From Sphingomonas sp. (GTDB taxonomy: Bacteria; Pseudomonadota; Alphaproteobacteria; Sphingomonadales; Sphingomonadaceae), in the NCBI RefSeq assembly GCF_039595165.1, contig NZ_JBCNMA010000005.1:963-64962 (forward strand): a DNA stretch of 64,000 bases. Reading direction: 5' to 3'. Position 1 is the stretch's first letter. The number at the start of each line of letters is the position of its first letter. The position numbers and the translations under genes were made by a program. Below are positions 38,517 through 46,750 of this stretch, in pieces. Below the pieces are notes generated by a model that saw only the letters and a program-made list of their open reading frames with translations, was not told the origin of the DNA and ran no database searches.

Positions 38517-38999
38517 ATGGTGCACCCGTCTGCCCCGATTGCCGCAGCCCATGGATTTCGGATCGTGCCCCCGCTCATCGGCGCAGTCGCCCTGTCAGCT
38601 GCCGCCATATCCCTCGTCGGCAGCGCAAAGGCTGCGCACTGGCATCGGCCAGCGGCGCACGCCACGCCGCCTGTGATCGCGATGGCATACTGGGATCGCC
38701 GCGCTCCCGGCTGGTGGCGCGGCCACCCATGGTTTGTTGGCTATCGCGGCGTGCGCCGGGGCTATTTCTTCGTTCCGGGTCGCGGCTATGTTCCGGTACC
38801 GCCAGCCTATTATGGCCGACCTTGGCGCGTTGGGCACGTCGTGCCGCCGGCGCTTCGCCGCTACCATGTCCACGATGTGGGCTTCTATCGCCTTCGGCCA
38901 GCGCCGCGGGGACATGTCTGGATTTACGTCGACAACAATATCGTGCTGATGCGGGTCGCGACCGGTGTGATCGTCGATGTGCTGCACCGCATATGGTGA
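38517..38999 (+). CDS. RcnB/YohN-like periplasmic protein
   Basis: GGAGAA RBS and hydrophobic N-terminus. C-terminal signature WRVGHVVPPALRRYHVHDVGFYRLRPAPRGHVWIYVDNNIVLMRVATGVIVDVL matches the RcnB-type pattern (W..G..LP......V.D.....L..PP.G..W...D.D.VL......I). Confidence 0.65.
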   Translation: MVHPSAPIAAAHGFRIVPPLIGAVALSAAAISLVGSAKAAHWHRPAAHATPPVIAMAYWDRRAPGWWRGHPWFVGYRGVRRGYFFVPGRGYVPVPPAYYGRPWRVGHVVPPALRRYHVHDVGFYRLRPAPRGHVWIYVDNNIVLMRVATGVIVDVLHRIW

Positions 39000-39121
39000 A
39001 GCACATCGAAAGGCGCGGCATGACGTTTGCGTACGATACACGCACGGGATTGTAGCGGGACTTTGGATGACGATCGGGACAGCGAAGGTGGATAGACAGG
39101 ACTGCATTTAGTTCGATGAGC

Positions 39122-40753
39122 TTAGCGCTCACCCCTTCGCGGCACGGTCTTGGCCCCAGGCGCGAAGCCCTTTGCCAGCGGATCGCCGGCGTACCAGGCG
39201 GGCCTCGGACCGTTCGCGGCGTTCTCGATGGTCAAGGTAATGTAGCGCGCCCATCGCGCGGCGACGTCCCAGCGGATCGGCAGCGAAGCCTCGTCCGATG
39301 GCTTGTGGTAGCTGTTCTGCTCATATGCGGTCCATGCCGGGTGTTCCGCGAGGCCGGTCTTTGCGTCGCGGGGACCAGGGTTCGGAAACAGCACGGGGAT
39401 ACCAAGGCGTAGAAACGGGTATTGGTCGCTCAATGCCAGGTTGCCGCGTTCGGGGATCGGATCGGGCACATGCCGGGCGCCCGTGGCTGCCGCTGCGATC
39501 GCCGATGCGACCCCGAGCGTCGAGTGATCGGCACCAAGCGCGACGATATCGGTGTAGTCGTGCCAGGCCATCAGTCCGTCGACGCTGATCGCTGCCACGA
39601 TGCTGCTGCGCTCCACGGTCGGAAAGGTTGCGAAGTAGTCCGCTCCGATCAGGCCTTTCTCCTCGCCGGTCGTGGCTACAAACAAGATTGAGCGCTTGGG
39701 CTTGGCCGCTCTTAGTAGTCGGGCTGCTTCGAGCAGGACCGCGACTCCGCCGGCGTTGTCGATCGCGCCATTGTAGATGCTGTCGCCATTGACGGGTTTG
39801 CCGACGCCGACATGGTCGAGATGCGCAAGAACGACGACATGCTCGTTCCGCAGCGCCGGATCGCTGCCGGCGATGCGGCCGATGACATTGGGCGAGGACG
39901 TATCCTCGTGTCGCGACCGGCGCTCGAGCGCGATCCGCGCATTGAATGCAAAGCCTCTGGGCGGGTTCGCGTCCGCCTCGTTGTAGATCCGGGCCAGATC
40001 CAGGTTCGCCGAGGCGAATAGCCGCGAAGCCATGTGCGGGGAGAGTGAAATCGTCGCTTGTACCGCAGGTATATGTTCGGCGCCGTTGGCGCGCCAGTGG
40101 ACTGCGGGCAGTGGCCGGAACTGACGCGTGAGCGACCAAGGCGAAAATCGCTCACGGGCCGGGCTCTTGATGGTGACGATCGCAGCTGCGCCTGCGGCGG
40201 CCGCCATCCGCTCCTTCTGCTGAACCCAGCTGTAATGCGCGCGAAGCGCGCCCGCCATGCTCGCTGGCGCGCCTTCGATCACCACCACCGCTTTCCCGCT
40301 CACATCGAGACCGGCATAGTCGTCGAAACCGAGTTCCGGAGCGGTGATCCCCCAGCCGGCGAACACGAGCGGCAGGTCGAGTCGCTCCTCGCGCGATCGC
40401 GGGCTCGCATCGATTGCGACGGTATCGCCATTCGCCAGTGCGATCGTCTCGTCCGCAAGCTTGAGGTCGAACGCAATCGCCTCGAGGCTGCGACGGCGAA
40501 GCGGAACGGGCTGAAGCCATTGCTCGGTCCCAGCAGGTTCAAGCCCGGCCTGGAGGAAATTCGAAGCGACATATTGCGCGGCGATGTCGTAGCCGCGAGA
40601 ACCTGTGTCGCGACCTTCGAGGAGATCATGCGCGAGGAACACGGTGTGCGCCTTGAGCGCGGCGGCCGACGGAGCATCTGAGAAGCGCGCCAACGCTGAT
40701 GTGGCAACCGCCGCGGATGCGACCAGGGCGATCGTCAGTGCTGAACGGTTCAT
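39122..40753 (-). CDS. Secreted M28 family zinc aminopeptidase with PA domain
   Basis: Start at ATG 40753 (AAGGAG upstream). Signal peptide MNRSALTIALVASAAVATSALA. M28 motifs VVLAHLDHVG, NGAIDNAGGVAVLLEAARLL, TGEEKGLIGADYF. Confidence 0.85.
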   Translation of the reverse strand: MNRSALTIALVASAAVATSALARFSDAPSAAALKAHTVFLAHDLLEGRDTGSRGYDIAAQYVASNFLQAGLEPAGTEQWLQPVPLRRRSLEAIAFDLKLADETIALANGDTVAIDASPRSREERLDLPLVFAGWGITAPELGFDDYAGLDVSGKAVVVIEGAPASMAGALRAHYSWVQQKERMAAAAGAAAIVTIKSPARERFSPWSLTRQFRPLPAVHWRANGAEHIPAVQATISLSPHMASRLFASANLDLARIYNEADANPPRGFAFNARIALERRSRHEDTSSPNVIGRIAGSDPALRNEHVVVLAHLDHVGVGKPVNGDSIYNGAIDNAGGVAVLLEAARLLRAAKPKRSILFVATTGEEKGLIGADYFATFPTVERSSIVAAISVDGLMAWHDYTDIVALGADHSTLGVASAIAAAATGARHVPDPIPERGNLALSDQYPFLRLGIPVLFPNPGPRDAKTGLAEHPAWTAYEQNSYHKPSDEASLPIRWDVAARWARYITLTIENAANGPRPAWYAGDPLAKGFAPGAKTVPRRGER

Positions 40754-40872
40754 ACCCACTCCTTTACCGGTGACGTCGCGAAACGCAGATTCCGCAGCGC
40801 GAGTCGTGCGGCGCACGGAAGTTGTTCGGCATGGAGGGGATGTCCCCTTACTGGATATGCGCGGGGAGATCG

Positions 40873-41298
40873 TCAGCGGCGCGTCTTGCGCTGCGCCTTG
40901 ACCGCCTCGACCTCGTCGCGAGAGAGTCGGCCGTCCCCATCGCGGTCGCCGCGCTCGAATACTGGCATCGGCGCGGCTTCAAGTTCGGCCCGCGTGATGC
41001 GTCCGTCCTGGTCTGCATCGGCGGCGGACAGCAGCGACATCAGCCGGTCGACCGCATCGGGTTTGAACCGCGCAAGACGGCCGAAATCGGCACGTGTGAC
41101 GCTGCCGTCCTTGTTGCGGTCCATGCGGTCGAACTGGGCGGCGCGCGCCGCGGCATATTCCTCGCGCGTGATATAGCCGTCGCGGTCAGCGTCGGCCTTG
41201 TCGAGGATGTCGCCGCCTGCGCGTGCGCGGCCGAATTGCGCGGAAGCGGGGAGCGCCAGGGAAAGGCCGAGCGCTGCCAGGGCAAATATGCGGATCAT
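40873..41298 (-). CDS. Secreted protein with four canonical EF-hand Ca2+-binding loops
   Basis: Signal peptide MIRIFALAALGLSLALPASAQ. EF loops DADRDGYITREE, DRNKDGSVTRAD, DADQDGRITRAE, DRDGDGRLSRDE. Confidence 0.85.
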   Translation of the reverse strand: MIRIFALAALGLSLALPASAQFGRARAGGDILDKADADRDGYITREEYAAARAAQFDRMDRNKDGSVTRADFGRLARFKPDAVDRLMSLLSAADADQDGRITRAELEAAPMPVFERGDRDGDGRLSRDEVEAVKAQRKTRR

Positions 41299-41311
41299 GA
41301 GGGTCTCCGAG

Positions 41312-41354
41312 ACAAAAAGGCGCAGCCGCGACGAGGAGGCCGGGTCGCGGCTGC
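41312..41354 (-). terminator. Intrinsic-terminator-like hairpin between the secreted Arg/Gly-rich gene and the EF-hand gene
   Basis: Minus strand reads GCAGCCGCGAC (41354-41344), 11-nt loop, GTCGCGGCTGC (41332-41322), then GCCTTTTTGTCTC. Stem is 11 bp perfect. The EF-hand RBS (GGAGAC) and ATG follow immediately. Confidence 0.55.
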
Positions 41355-41369
41355 CAGTTTGGGGGGGCT

Positions 41370-41864
41370 TCAGTTGCCGGGATAAGGCACAGTGCCCGAG
41401 CGCGTGCGGGTCGTGCCGTCGATGCGCGTGCGGGTCGCGTTGTAGGTCGCGGTGCCGTCGCCATTGTTGGTGGCGGTCACGTTGCGGCTCGAGCTCTTGC
41501 CATTGTGATATTGCCGGCTGGCGCTGGCCGAGTAGGCGCCATCACCCCAGCTGCGTTGGCGCGTGTCGTCCCATCCGCGCCCGCCATTGGTGGTGAACGA
41601 GCGATCCATCTGGCTGCGGCCGGGCTCGCGATCGACCTGGCGCTGACGGCGATAGCCATAACCGCCGGCGGTCTGGACCGAGCGCCGGACGCTGACATCG
41701 CCGCCGTCGCGCCGGACATGGCGCCGGCTGATCGCGCTGCCGCCGAACGGGCCGCGAACCTTGGCGATATGGCCGTGGCGACGCTCAGCCATCGCCGGGG
41801 TCGAAAGGATCGCGCCGCCAAGCATGGCGCACAAAGCGAGGATTGCGATCGGGGGTCGTTTCAT
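41370..41864 (-). CDS. Secreted Arg/Gly/Thr/Ser-rich low-complexity protein, unknown function
   Basis: Start at ATG 41864 (GGAGA upstream). Signal peptide MKRPPIAILALCAMLGGAILSTPAMA. The mature part (GGYGYRRQRQVDREPGRSQMDRSFTTNGGRGWDDTRQRSWGDG...TATYNATRTRIDGTTRTRSG) has no motif I recognise. Confidence 0.6.
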   Translation of the reverse strand: MKRPPIAILALCAMLGGAILSTPAMAERRHGHIAKVRGPFGGSAISRRHVRRDGGDVSVRRSVQTAGGYGYRRQRQVDREPGRSQMDRSFTTNGGRGWDDTRQRSWGDGAYSASASRQYHNGKSSSRNVTATNNGDGTATYNATRTRIDGTTRTRSGTVPYPGN

Positions 41865-41948
41865 GGGCAAGTCTCCATACGCAGGCCGGCGAACCGCGCC
41901 GGACAGGGCGCTTGTGCCGAGAAGGCTTGTCGGGATCACGAACCGCGC

Positions 41949-41974
41949 GAAACGAAATGTAACGAAGCGTAACG
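41949..41974 (-). promoter_or_regulatory. Three 10-bp-phased direct repeats CGTTAC-N4-CGTTAC-N4-CGTTTC
   Basis: Plus strand reads GAAACGaaatGTAACGaagcGTAACG. On the minus strand it points toward ATG 41864, 85 bp away. Confidence 0.45.
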
Positions 41975-42123
41975 GGACCTGCGCGAGGTTGGAGAACTAC
42001 CGCCCCGCGGCTTTCATTGTTGCATTGGACTAATAGGATTATCGAGACGGTAGTTCGGGCGTCAGGGACAGGTCAGCGCGACCGATCGCAGTATTTGCAT
42101 AACTGACAAGCGGCGCCATGCTT

Positions 42124-42795
42124 TCATTCCAACGACCAGAAAGTCGAGGTAAAGTCATGCCGCTCGAACACCTCCGCCACCTCTGCAGCTGATCGCTTAC
42201 GCCAGGGTTTGCGGATGTAGTCGCCATACCAGTCCTGAGCGAACAGCCACATGCGTTCCAGAGGTACAATTGCGCCCTTAGGCAAGTCGTGGCGGCGGCA
42301 CCATTTGTCAACATCGTCTTCGGCTCGAAAGGGCTGGAAGCTCGCGCAGGCATGAATCACGTTATCCCACCATAGGCGAGGCGGGGTTGAGAGATGGAAG
42401 AGCAAATGATCCGCAATCAGTTCACCGTCACGTATCTGCACTTCGATTGACTCACGTTCGCCGCCTATTCGTGTAAAAATATCCGCGTCACCTCCGACCG
42501 CCGAGGCAACGCCAAGAGCGCAATACAAGCAGTTGGCCCACCAGCCCTTTTCACCGATTTCTACCCAACATGAGCCGGGCGACAGAGCGAACGGATGCAC
42601 CACCCAGGGACGCGTCGTACCGGGATGTAAAAGCAATGCATTTGCTCTTCCGAGCGCAGTCAACGCGGCCTCGCATTCGCCGATCGAGCAACCTGATCGA
42701 GACGCAAGCTCTGCGATGGAGGGCGCGTGCTCCAACTCCGCAATACTCTTGGTGAGCTCGCCTCTCACCCTCGCTTCAAGCTGAGTAAGCGCCAT
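42124..42795 (-). CDS. Alkylmercury-lyase (MerB)-like family protein, orphan
   Basis: Start at ATG 42795 (AAGGGGA upstream). N-terminal winged-helix-like segment. Cys-containing segments WWANCLYCALGVASAVG and NVIHACASFQPFRAEDDVDKW resemble the two catalytic-Cys regions of MerB-family proteins. GC visibly lower than in the flanks. Confidence 0.55.
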   Translation of the reverse strand: MALTQLEARVRGELTKSIAELEHAPSIAELASRSGCSIGECEAALTALGRANALLLHPGTTRPWVVHPFALSPGSCWVEIGEKGWWANCLYCALGVASAVGGDADIFTRIGGERESIEVQIRDGELIADHLLFHLSTPPRLWWDNVIHACASFQPFRAEDDVDKWCRRHDLPKGAIVPLERMWLFAQDWYGDYIRKPWRKRSAAEVAEVFERHDFTSTFWSLE

Positions 42796-43145
42796 ATCTG
42801 TCCCCTTCGTCGTTTGCCGAACTGACGGTGCAGGCAGCACACGCCTTAATAGCGGGCCATTCAACGGATTCGGGGCATCCTGAAAGCCGGCCGCTCAGGT
42901 GCCCAGGATCGTCGGGAAGCAGGCCGCCTGCAGCTTTACCTCAATCAATCACGCGTGCTTGCCTTTCTGCGCTCGTTCCGGTCGAGACATGCCGAAGACA
43001 GGTTAGCTGGCAAACAGGACGAACGCTGCCATCAACAGTAGCCTCCAAGGAGCCACGGGACCTGAAAGATCAGCCCCGGCCGCTCGGGTTTGATGGGATA
43101 TGGCGGCTGTGATCTGTCGCAGGATCCAGCGCACTAAGTACCCCT

Positions 43146-46100
43146 TTATTGGTCAACCACGGCGATCACATTGTCGTCACCGTTGCGGTCCACATATTTG
43201 TTGTAGGGATCGATCCCGGCAAACGCAGGTTTGCGCTTGCTGACAATGCGGATTTCCTGGGTTCCCGACCGGACCGGCCGTCGTTCTATCAAAACGACGT
43301 CCTTGGCCGCGAACGCCCCATAGCCCGGATTCTGGTCGAACAGGCCGATATCAATCTGGTTCGCAAGGGCAGCCTTGCTTTCCTTGCCCTTGCCATCGGC
43401 GTAAAACTTGTCCGCTTCCACCGTCAGCACGGTCTCGAACGTGCCGTCGGGAAGCTTCTTGGTCGCCGCACCCCTGGCTTTCAGGTCATACAGCGTGATG
43501 CGGGCGAACAGGTCTTCGACCAGCTGCCGTTCCTCGGCATTGCGCGCGAGCGCACGGAAGCCGTCGACAAGATCGGTCGAACGCGGATAGGGCGCGCCCT
43601 TGAAGCGATACTGATTGAGCTTCGCACGCAGCATGGCGTTGACGCGATCCTCGCCGAGCCGGTCCTGCAGCAGGTACACGACCAGCGATCCCTTGCGGTA
43701 ATGGATATAGCCCTGGTTCTCGACGCGCTCGAGCGGGAGTTCCTCGATCGCCTCGCTGCCGCGGTTGCGCAGATAATTGTCGAGCTCGTACTTGAGGAAG
43801 CGTCGTATCTTGTCCTCGCCATAGAGCTGCTTCATCACCATCAGCGCCGAATATTGCGCCATGGTCTCGACCCAGATCGTGCCGCCCTGCATGTCGGCCG
43901 AGATCACCTGATGCGCCCAATATTGGTGCGCGAGCTCGTGCGCGGTGACATAGGTCACATAGTCGATCTTGTCGGGATCGGTATTGTTGGCGAGGAAGCC
44001 GATCGATTCCGAATAGGGCATGGTGCCGGCGAAGGCCTGGGCGAAGCTCGCATAGCCCGGGAACTCGATCACGCGCGCATGGTCGAACTGATAGGGTCCG
44101 AAATTGGCCTGGTAATAGGCGAGCGACGCCTTGAGCGCGGCCAGCATGCGATCGACGTTGAAGGGATGCTTGCGGTCATAGAAGACCGAAAGGCGGACGC
44201 CGTTCGCGTCGATCGCCTTCTCGGCATAATCGGCCGACTGGATCGAGAAGAAGGCGAGGATCGGCGTGTCCGAGACGAACCGTGCGGTGCGGCGGCCGCC
44301 ATGGGTCGAATCGGCGACCTTGCGCCCCGGCGCGATCGGGGTTTGCCCGGCATCGGTGGTGATGGTGATATCGCTCTTCACCCAGGCGACGTTGCCGACA
44401 TAGTTGCGCCGCTGCGCCGAGCGGTCCTCGAGCTTGGCCGGCCGCAGCTCGGCGGGCAGGCCGTATTTGCGGCGCTTGACGCGGTCGGTGAGCAGACCCT
44501 GGCGATCCATGCCGATCGCGGGCGCGATCTCGAAATTGTTGAGGAAGGTGCCGTTGCCGACCAGGCGCGTGTCGGCATCGTTGGCGGGCAGGCCGCGGGT
44601 CGCGCGAGTCACCGTGAACTTGACCGTACCGGCGGCGCCCGGCGCCAGCGGCGTCGGGAAGCGGTAGATGCGATAGTCGAAGTCCTTGTCCTCCATCGCA
44701 AGGCTGGCACCCGGCACTTCGAGTGCGGCGAGCTTGCTTTGCCGATCGGGGAAGCGGACATGGAGGTCGCGCAGCGGCGCGCCGGTGTCGTTGACGAAGC
44801 GATATTCGCCAGTGGTCGTCATGCGGCGCTCGCCCGGATGCAGGTCGACGTTCAGGCGGATGTCGGTCAGCGAGGGCTGGGCGACCTTCTCATATTTGAG
44901 GTATTTCTTCTCATAGGCGGCGAGCTGGGCCTCGACATCGTCGCGTGTGCGATAGTCGTTGAGGACGTTCATATTATAGTAGAGCCAGCCGCCGGTCGCG
45001 ACGGCGATCGCCAGCGCCGCACCGAGCACCACGCCCGGCACGCCCCTGAGCCGCTGTGCGACGCGCCTCAGCCGCGGCCGCAACCGCGTTTCGGTGCCGC
45101 GCCGCCACAGCAGGTGCGCGAGCACGGCGAGCATGATCGCCACCGCGCCCCAATAGAGTCGCAGCCACCAGCCGGTCGCGCCGCCGACCTGATCGCCGTT
45201 CATGTCCGAGAAGCGAACGGTGCCGGTCGCGCCGTAATTGTAGAGCGGATGCTCGAATCCGATCGTGTTGAGCGTGATCGTGGCCACCAGGTAGATCACC
45301 ATGATGCCCCAGCCGGCATATTTGTTGGGGCTGATCGCTTGCACGAACACCGCGAGCACGGCGAGGATCGCCATGTCGATGGTCAGCGGCACCAGATACC
45401 AGGCGAGATACTGGCCCAACTCCAGATTATCGACGCCGCGGCCGAGCTGGACGAGGATCGCCGCGATCGCGCTGATCGCCAGCGTAGCGAACAGCACCAG
45501 CGTCACCGCCAGCGTCTTGGGCACCATATAGGCCCAATTGGGCAGCGCGGTCGCATCGATGATCTCGTGCATCTTGCGCTCGCGGTCGCGCCAGACGAGT
45601 TCGCCGGCATAATAGATGGCGATGATGATCGGGATGATCCCGAACATGCCGAGCAGGTCCTGGACGACCACGAAGGTCAGCGGGCGCGAGGGCGTGCCGT
45701 AGAGCTCGTTGGCGAACATCAGCCCGCCGACCGTGTTGAACAGCCCGATCATCAGCAGCACGGCGAAGGCGGGGCTCTTGAAGACGAGGCGCATCTCGAA
45801 CTTGCAGCGCTGCCACAGCTGGGCGCCGGCCGCCGCCTCGGGGCGGACCGGCGGCAGCGTCTCGACCAGCGCCGGCGCCGTCGCCGCGAGCCTTGCCGCC
45901 TTCTTCGCCTGCTTCCGGAGCTTGCGCGCCGAGACGCCCTTCTCCGAGAAGCTGAAGCGCCAATAGGCGACGAGCAGCGCGACGAGCCCGACCCCGATCC
46001 AGATCAGCCGGTTGGCGAGCAGCGTGCCGGTGAAGGCCGGCATCATCGTGTTGCTCTCGGCCGCGGTCCAGTAACGCGTCACGTTGGAGAAGGCGGCGAG

Positions 46101-46736
46101 ACCGAACGGTTCGACGAGCCCGCCGATCTCGCGCAGCTCGGGCTTCGATCGGATAATGCCGGTGAGCACGAAATAGGCGACCAGGAACAGGACGACGCCG
46201 ACATAGGAATACATCATCGAGCGCGTCATCGTCGCGACCGCGAAGAAGATCGCGGCGGTCAGGAAGACGTTGGGCAGCCCCAGCAGGAAATAGGCGTAGA
46301 GATAGTCGTTGAGCCGGTTCGGCCCGACGGTCTCGGAATCGAGCCAGGGCATCAGCGAGCCCAGCCAGATCGCCAGCGGGATCGCGGCATAGGCGACCGC
46401 CGAGATCACCAGCGCGCCGGAGAAGCGGCCGAGCAGATAGTCGAATTTCGAGACGCGGGTGGAACGGACCATCGGGCCGAACCCGCTCTCGTCGTCGCGC
46501 ACGATGATGTTGGCGACGAAGGCGGTGGTGACGAACATGAAGAACAGCGAGAGTATGAGCAGCTTCTGCGCGAGCGCCGCCGGGCTGTTGACATGGACGT
46601 TGCCGCCGCTGCCGATCTGGATCTGCTCGATCGTGGTCGCGCCGAAGGCGAGCAGGAAGAACAGGACCGCCACCACCCAGAAGACCGGGTTGCGGAACTG
46701 GTAGCGCAGCTCGAACGCCGCGATCTTGCCGAACAT
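43146..46736 (-). CDS. Fusion protein: tandem ABC-2-type permease modules + C-terminal M1 (aminopeptidase N-like) zinc metallopeptidase
   Basis: Real start at ATG 46736 (GGGAGAGG upstream). 1196 aa. Two similar polytopic modules (MFGKIAAFELRYQFRNPVFWVV... and WQRCKFEMRLVFKSPAFAVLLM...). The C-terminal part carries HELAHQYWAH (HEXXH) with a downstream Glu (WVETMAQY). The track ORF 43146-47285 has a spurious N-terminal extension. Confidence 0.8.
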   Translation of the reverse strand: MFGKIAAFELRYQFRNPVFWVVAVLFFLLAFGATTIEQIQIGSGGNVHVNSPAALAQKLLILSLFFMFVTTAFVANIIVRDDESGFGPMVRSTRVSKFDYLLGRFSGALVISAVAYAAIPLAIWLGSLMPWLDSETVGPNRLNDYLYAYFLLGLPNVFLTAAIFFAVATMTRSMMYSYVGVVLFLVAYFVLTGIIRSKPELREIGGLVEPFGLAAFSNVTRYWTAAESNTMMPAFTGTLLANRLIWIGVGLVALLVAYWRFSFSEKGVSARKLRKQAKKAARLAATAPALVETLPPVRPEAAAGAQLWQRCKFEMRLVFKSPAFAVLLMIGLFNTVGGLMFANELYGTPSRPLTFVVVQDLLGMFGIIPIIIAIYYAGELVWRDRERKMHEIIDATALPNWAYMVPKTLAVTLVLFATLAISAIAAILVQLGRGVDNLELGQYLAWYLVPLTIDMAILAVLAVFVQAISPNKYAGWGIMVIYLVATITLNTIGFEHPLYNYGATGTVRFSDMNGDQVGGATGWWLRLYWGAVAIMLAVLAHLLWRRGTETRLRPRLRRVAQRLRGVPGVVLGAALAIAVATGGWLYYNMNVLNDYRTRDDVEAQLAAYEKKYLKYEKVAQPSLTDIRLNVDLHPGERRMTTTGEYRFVNDTGAPLRDLHVRFPDRQSKLAALEVPGASLAMEDKDFDYRIYRFPTPLAPGAAGTVKFTVTRATRGLPANDADTRLVGNGTFLNNFEIAPAIGMDRQGLLTDRVKRRKYGLPAELRPAKLEDRSAQRRNYVGNVAWVKSDITITTDAGQTPIAPGRKVADSTHGGRRTARFVSDTPILAFFSIQSADYAEKAIDANGVRLSVFYDRKHPFNVDRMLAALKASLAYYQANFGPYQFDHARVIEFPGYASFAQAFAGTMPYSESIGFLANNTDPDKIDYVTYVTAHELAHQYWAHQVISADMQGGTIWVETMAQYSALMVMKQLYGEDKIRRFLKYELDNYLRNRGSEAIEELPLERVENQGYIHYRKGSLVVYLLQDRLGEDRVNAMLRAKLNQYRFKGAPYPRSTDLVDGFRALARNAEERQLVEDLFARITLYDLKARGAATKKLPDGTFETVLTVEADKFYADGKGKESKAALANQIDIGLFDQNPGYGAFAAKDVVLIERRPVRSGTQEIRIVSKRKPAFAGIDPYNKYVDRNGDDNVIAVVDQ

Positions 46737-46750
46737 GCTGCCTCTCCCGA

